Below are positions 28,098 to 32,000 of a DNA stretch of 32,000 nt, in pieces. The DNA is from Vibrio vulnificus CMCP6 (GTDB taxonomy: Bacteria; Pseudomonadota; Gammaproteobacteria; Enterobacterales; Vibrionaceae): assembly GCF_000039765.1 (NCBI RefSeq), contig NC_004459.3, positions 900,001-932,000 on the forward strand, in the 5' to 3' direction. The position numbers were made by a program, and so were the translations under genes. Each line of letters starts with the position of its first letter. Positions within the stretch are counted from its first letter, which is position 1. Under the pieces are notes generated by a model. The model searched no databases, was not told where the DNA came from, and saw only the letters and a list, made by a program, of their open reading frames with translations.

Positions 28098-28171
28098 TGA
28101 CGGCTGGGGTGGCAGTCAACGGGCAAACCTTTTGCGGGACTCGTTGGTCACAGACCAAAATAATACAACAG

Positions 28172-28205
28172 AAACAAAAAGACCTCAGCATTTCTGCTGA
28201 GGTCT
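28172..28205 (-). terminator. Rho-independent terminator of the rrn operon (after tRNA-Asp)
   Basis: Stem AGACCTCAGC (28180-28189) / GCTGAGGTCT (28196-28205). On the minus strand it is followed by TTTTTGTTT. Confidence 0.8.
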
Positions 28206-28213
28206 GGAATAAG

Positions 28214-28290
28214 TGGCGGAGCGGACGGGACTCGAACCCGCGACCCCCGGCGTGACAGGCCGGTATTCTAACCAACTGAACTACCGCTCC
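28214..28290 (-). tRNA. tRNA-Asp (GUC)
   Basis: The reverse complement GGAGCGGTAGTTCAGTTGGTTAGAATACCGGCCTGTCACGCCGGGGGTCGCGGGTTCGAGTCCCGTCCGCTCCGCCA is near-identical to E. coli tRNA-Asp. Anticodon loop CTGTCAC. CCA is encoded. Confidence 0.95.
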
Positions 28291-28319
28291 GCACTGGTTA
28301 GACCTAAAGTCTAAATTAA

Positions 28320-28439
28320 AAGCCTGGCGATGTTCTACTCTCACATGGGGAAACCCCACACTACCATCGACGCTATTTCGTTTCACTTCTGAGTTCGGAA
28401 TGGATTCAGGTGGGTCCAAAACGCTATGGTCGCCAAGCA
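28320..28439 (-). rRNA. rrf: 5S rRNA
   Basis: 120 nt. The reverse complement TGCTTGGCGACCATAGCG...CCGAACTCAGAAGTGAAACG...GATGGTAGTGTGGGG...CATCGCCAGGCTT is colinear with E. coli 5S. Confidence 0.95.
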
Positions 28440-28560
28440 AATTCTGTTTTTGTCTTCACTTTTTCTAAAAAAGTGAAAGCAAAAAATCTGGAAAGCTGCT
28501 TATGTTCTCTACACATTCAATGTTCTTACATCGAGTCCATCAAAACCCTTTGGGTGTTGT

Positions 28561-31448
<2,888 letters not shown>

Positions 31449-31787
31449 ATACAACCCCAAAGGGTCTTTGTTAAACAACCAAAGTTGCTATCTCATTATT
31501 TGAATGAGCGAGATAGCGTTGATTTTGCCGGACTCAATTTCGAATAGTCACTAAAAGTGACCTTCCCAAGAACACTTGAATGTGTTTGTTGGTGTTTGTC
31601 TTAAAGACAAACATTGAGAACTTTACAAACAACAATAAATTGTTGTTTTGTCAGCTTTCCAAATTGTTAAAGAGCAATGCAATTCTCTACGAGAAACACA
31701 CTTTTTAAAGACTCTCAGCGTCGAAAAATCAACCACAAACATAAAGAAGGTGGTTTTCATCAAGAAACACTAAAAATATTTAAAGAG

Positions 31788-31863
31788 TGGTGGGCGATAC
31801 CGGGTTCGAACCAGTGACCCCCTGCTTGTAAGGCAGGTGCTCTCCCAACTGAGCTAATCGCCC
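31788..31863 (-). tRNA. tRNA-Val (UAC) in the 16S-23S spacer
   Basis: The reverse complement is GGGCGATTAGCTCAGTTGGGAGAGCACCTGCCTTACAAGCAGGGGGTCACTGGTTCGAACCCGGTATCGCCCACCA. Anticodon loop CTTACAA. Confidence 0.95.
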
Positions 31864-31877
31864 ATTGCATTCAAGAA

Positions 31878-31953
31878 TGGTGGAGCTATGCGGGATCGAA
31901 CCGCAGACCTCCTGCGTGCAAGGCAGGCGCTCTCCCAGCTGAGCTATAACCCC
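31878..31953 (-). tRNA. tRNA-Ala (UGC) in the 16S-23S spacer
   Basis: The reverse complement is GGGGTTATAGCTCAGCTGGGAGAGCGCCTGCCTTGCACGCAGGAGGTCTGCGGTTCGATCCCGCATAGCTCCACCA. Anticodon loop CTTGCAC. The G3:U70 identity pair is present. Confidence 0.95.
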
Positions 31954-31967
31954 AACTCTTGAAGTAA

Positions 31968-32000
31968 TGGTGGGTCGTGCAGGATTCGAACCTGCGACCA
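31968..32000 (-). tRNA. tRNA-Lys (UUU), 3' part only (truncated by window end)
   Basis: The reverse complement TGGTCGCAGGTTCGAATCCTGCACGACCCACCA equals the 3' third of E. coli tRNA-Lys. The anticodon is not in the window. Confidence 0.85.

Noticed and set aside
28094-28160. Possible tRNA pseudogene after the second AATAAGTGGC (TGGCTGACGGCTGGGGTGGCAGTCAACGGG...).
   Set aside because: The reverse complement ends in GCCA, but it has no T-arm (GGTTCGAAT-like) sequence and no complementary acceptor 5' strand. Similarity to tRNA-Asp fades after about 10 nt.
27929-28440. ORFs 27929-28255 (+, TTG start) and 28000-28440 (-).
   Set aside because: They run through the terminator hairpins, tRNA-Asp and 5S rRNA. 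Their sequence is explained by the RNA genes and repeats.

Overview
This window is core chromosome of a Vibrio-type gammaproteobacterium. I found no defence island, CRISPR array, toxin-antitoxin pair or other clearly accessory multi-gene system. The only mobile DNA is one IS630-family element.

Layout:
- nt 1-15552 is colinear with the E. coli 87-min block glnA-glnL-glnG-hemN-yihI-csrC-yihA(engB)-spf-polA. Five lineage-specific genes are interleaved: a DUF4124 secreted protein, a Cache-HAMP-GGDEF-EAL protein, a membrane-anchored hypothetical, a Cys4 SAM methyltransferase and cytochrome c4.
- Next come ryhB, hemB and a TatD-family hydrolase, then the minus-strand block rmuC-ubiE-ubiJ-ubiB-tatA-tatB-tatC.
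- These are followed by an EamA transporter, an HDOD protein and the IS630-family element.
- The window ends in the distal part of a minus-strand rrn operon: spacer tRNA-Lys/Ala/Val, 23S, 5S, tRNA-Asp.

The six-frame ORF track misses the most informative content:
- Three global regulatory sRNAs, all on the minus strand: a Csr-family GGA-repeat RNA, Spot 42 and RyhB.
- Several operator-like sites: an NtrC box, Fur boxes, a LexA box and a DnaA-box/GATC cluster.

Candidates for undescribed biology are small and unproven:
- A DnaA-box/GATC cluster between polA and ryhB.
- A 460-bp unassigned spacer with terminator-like hairpins next to spf.
- A 38-52 codon Cys/His-rich ORF beside tatC.
- A structured glnA 3' UTR.
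- A poly-A frame break in the IS630 transposase.
- Duplicated terminator modules at the rrn/IS junction.

All homology statements come from reading the translations and RNA sequences by eye. No database search was run.
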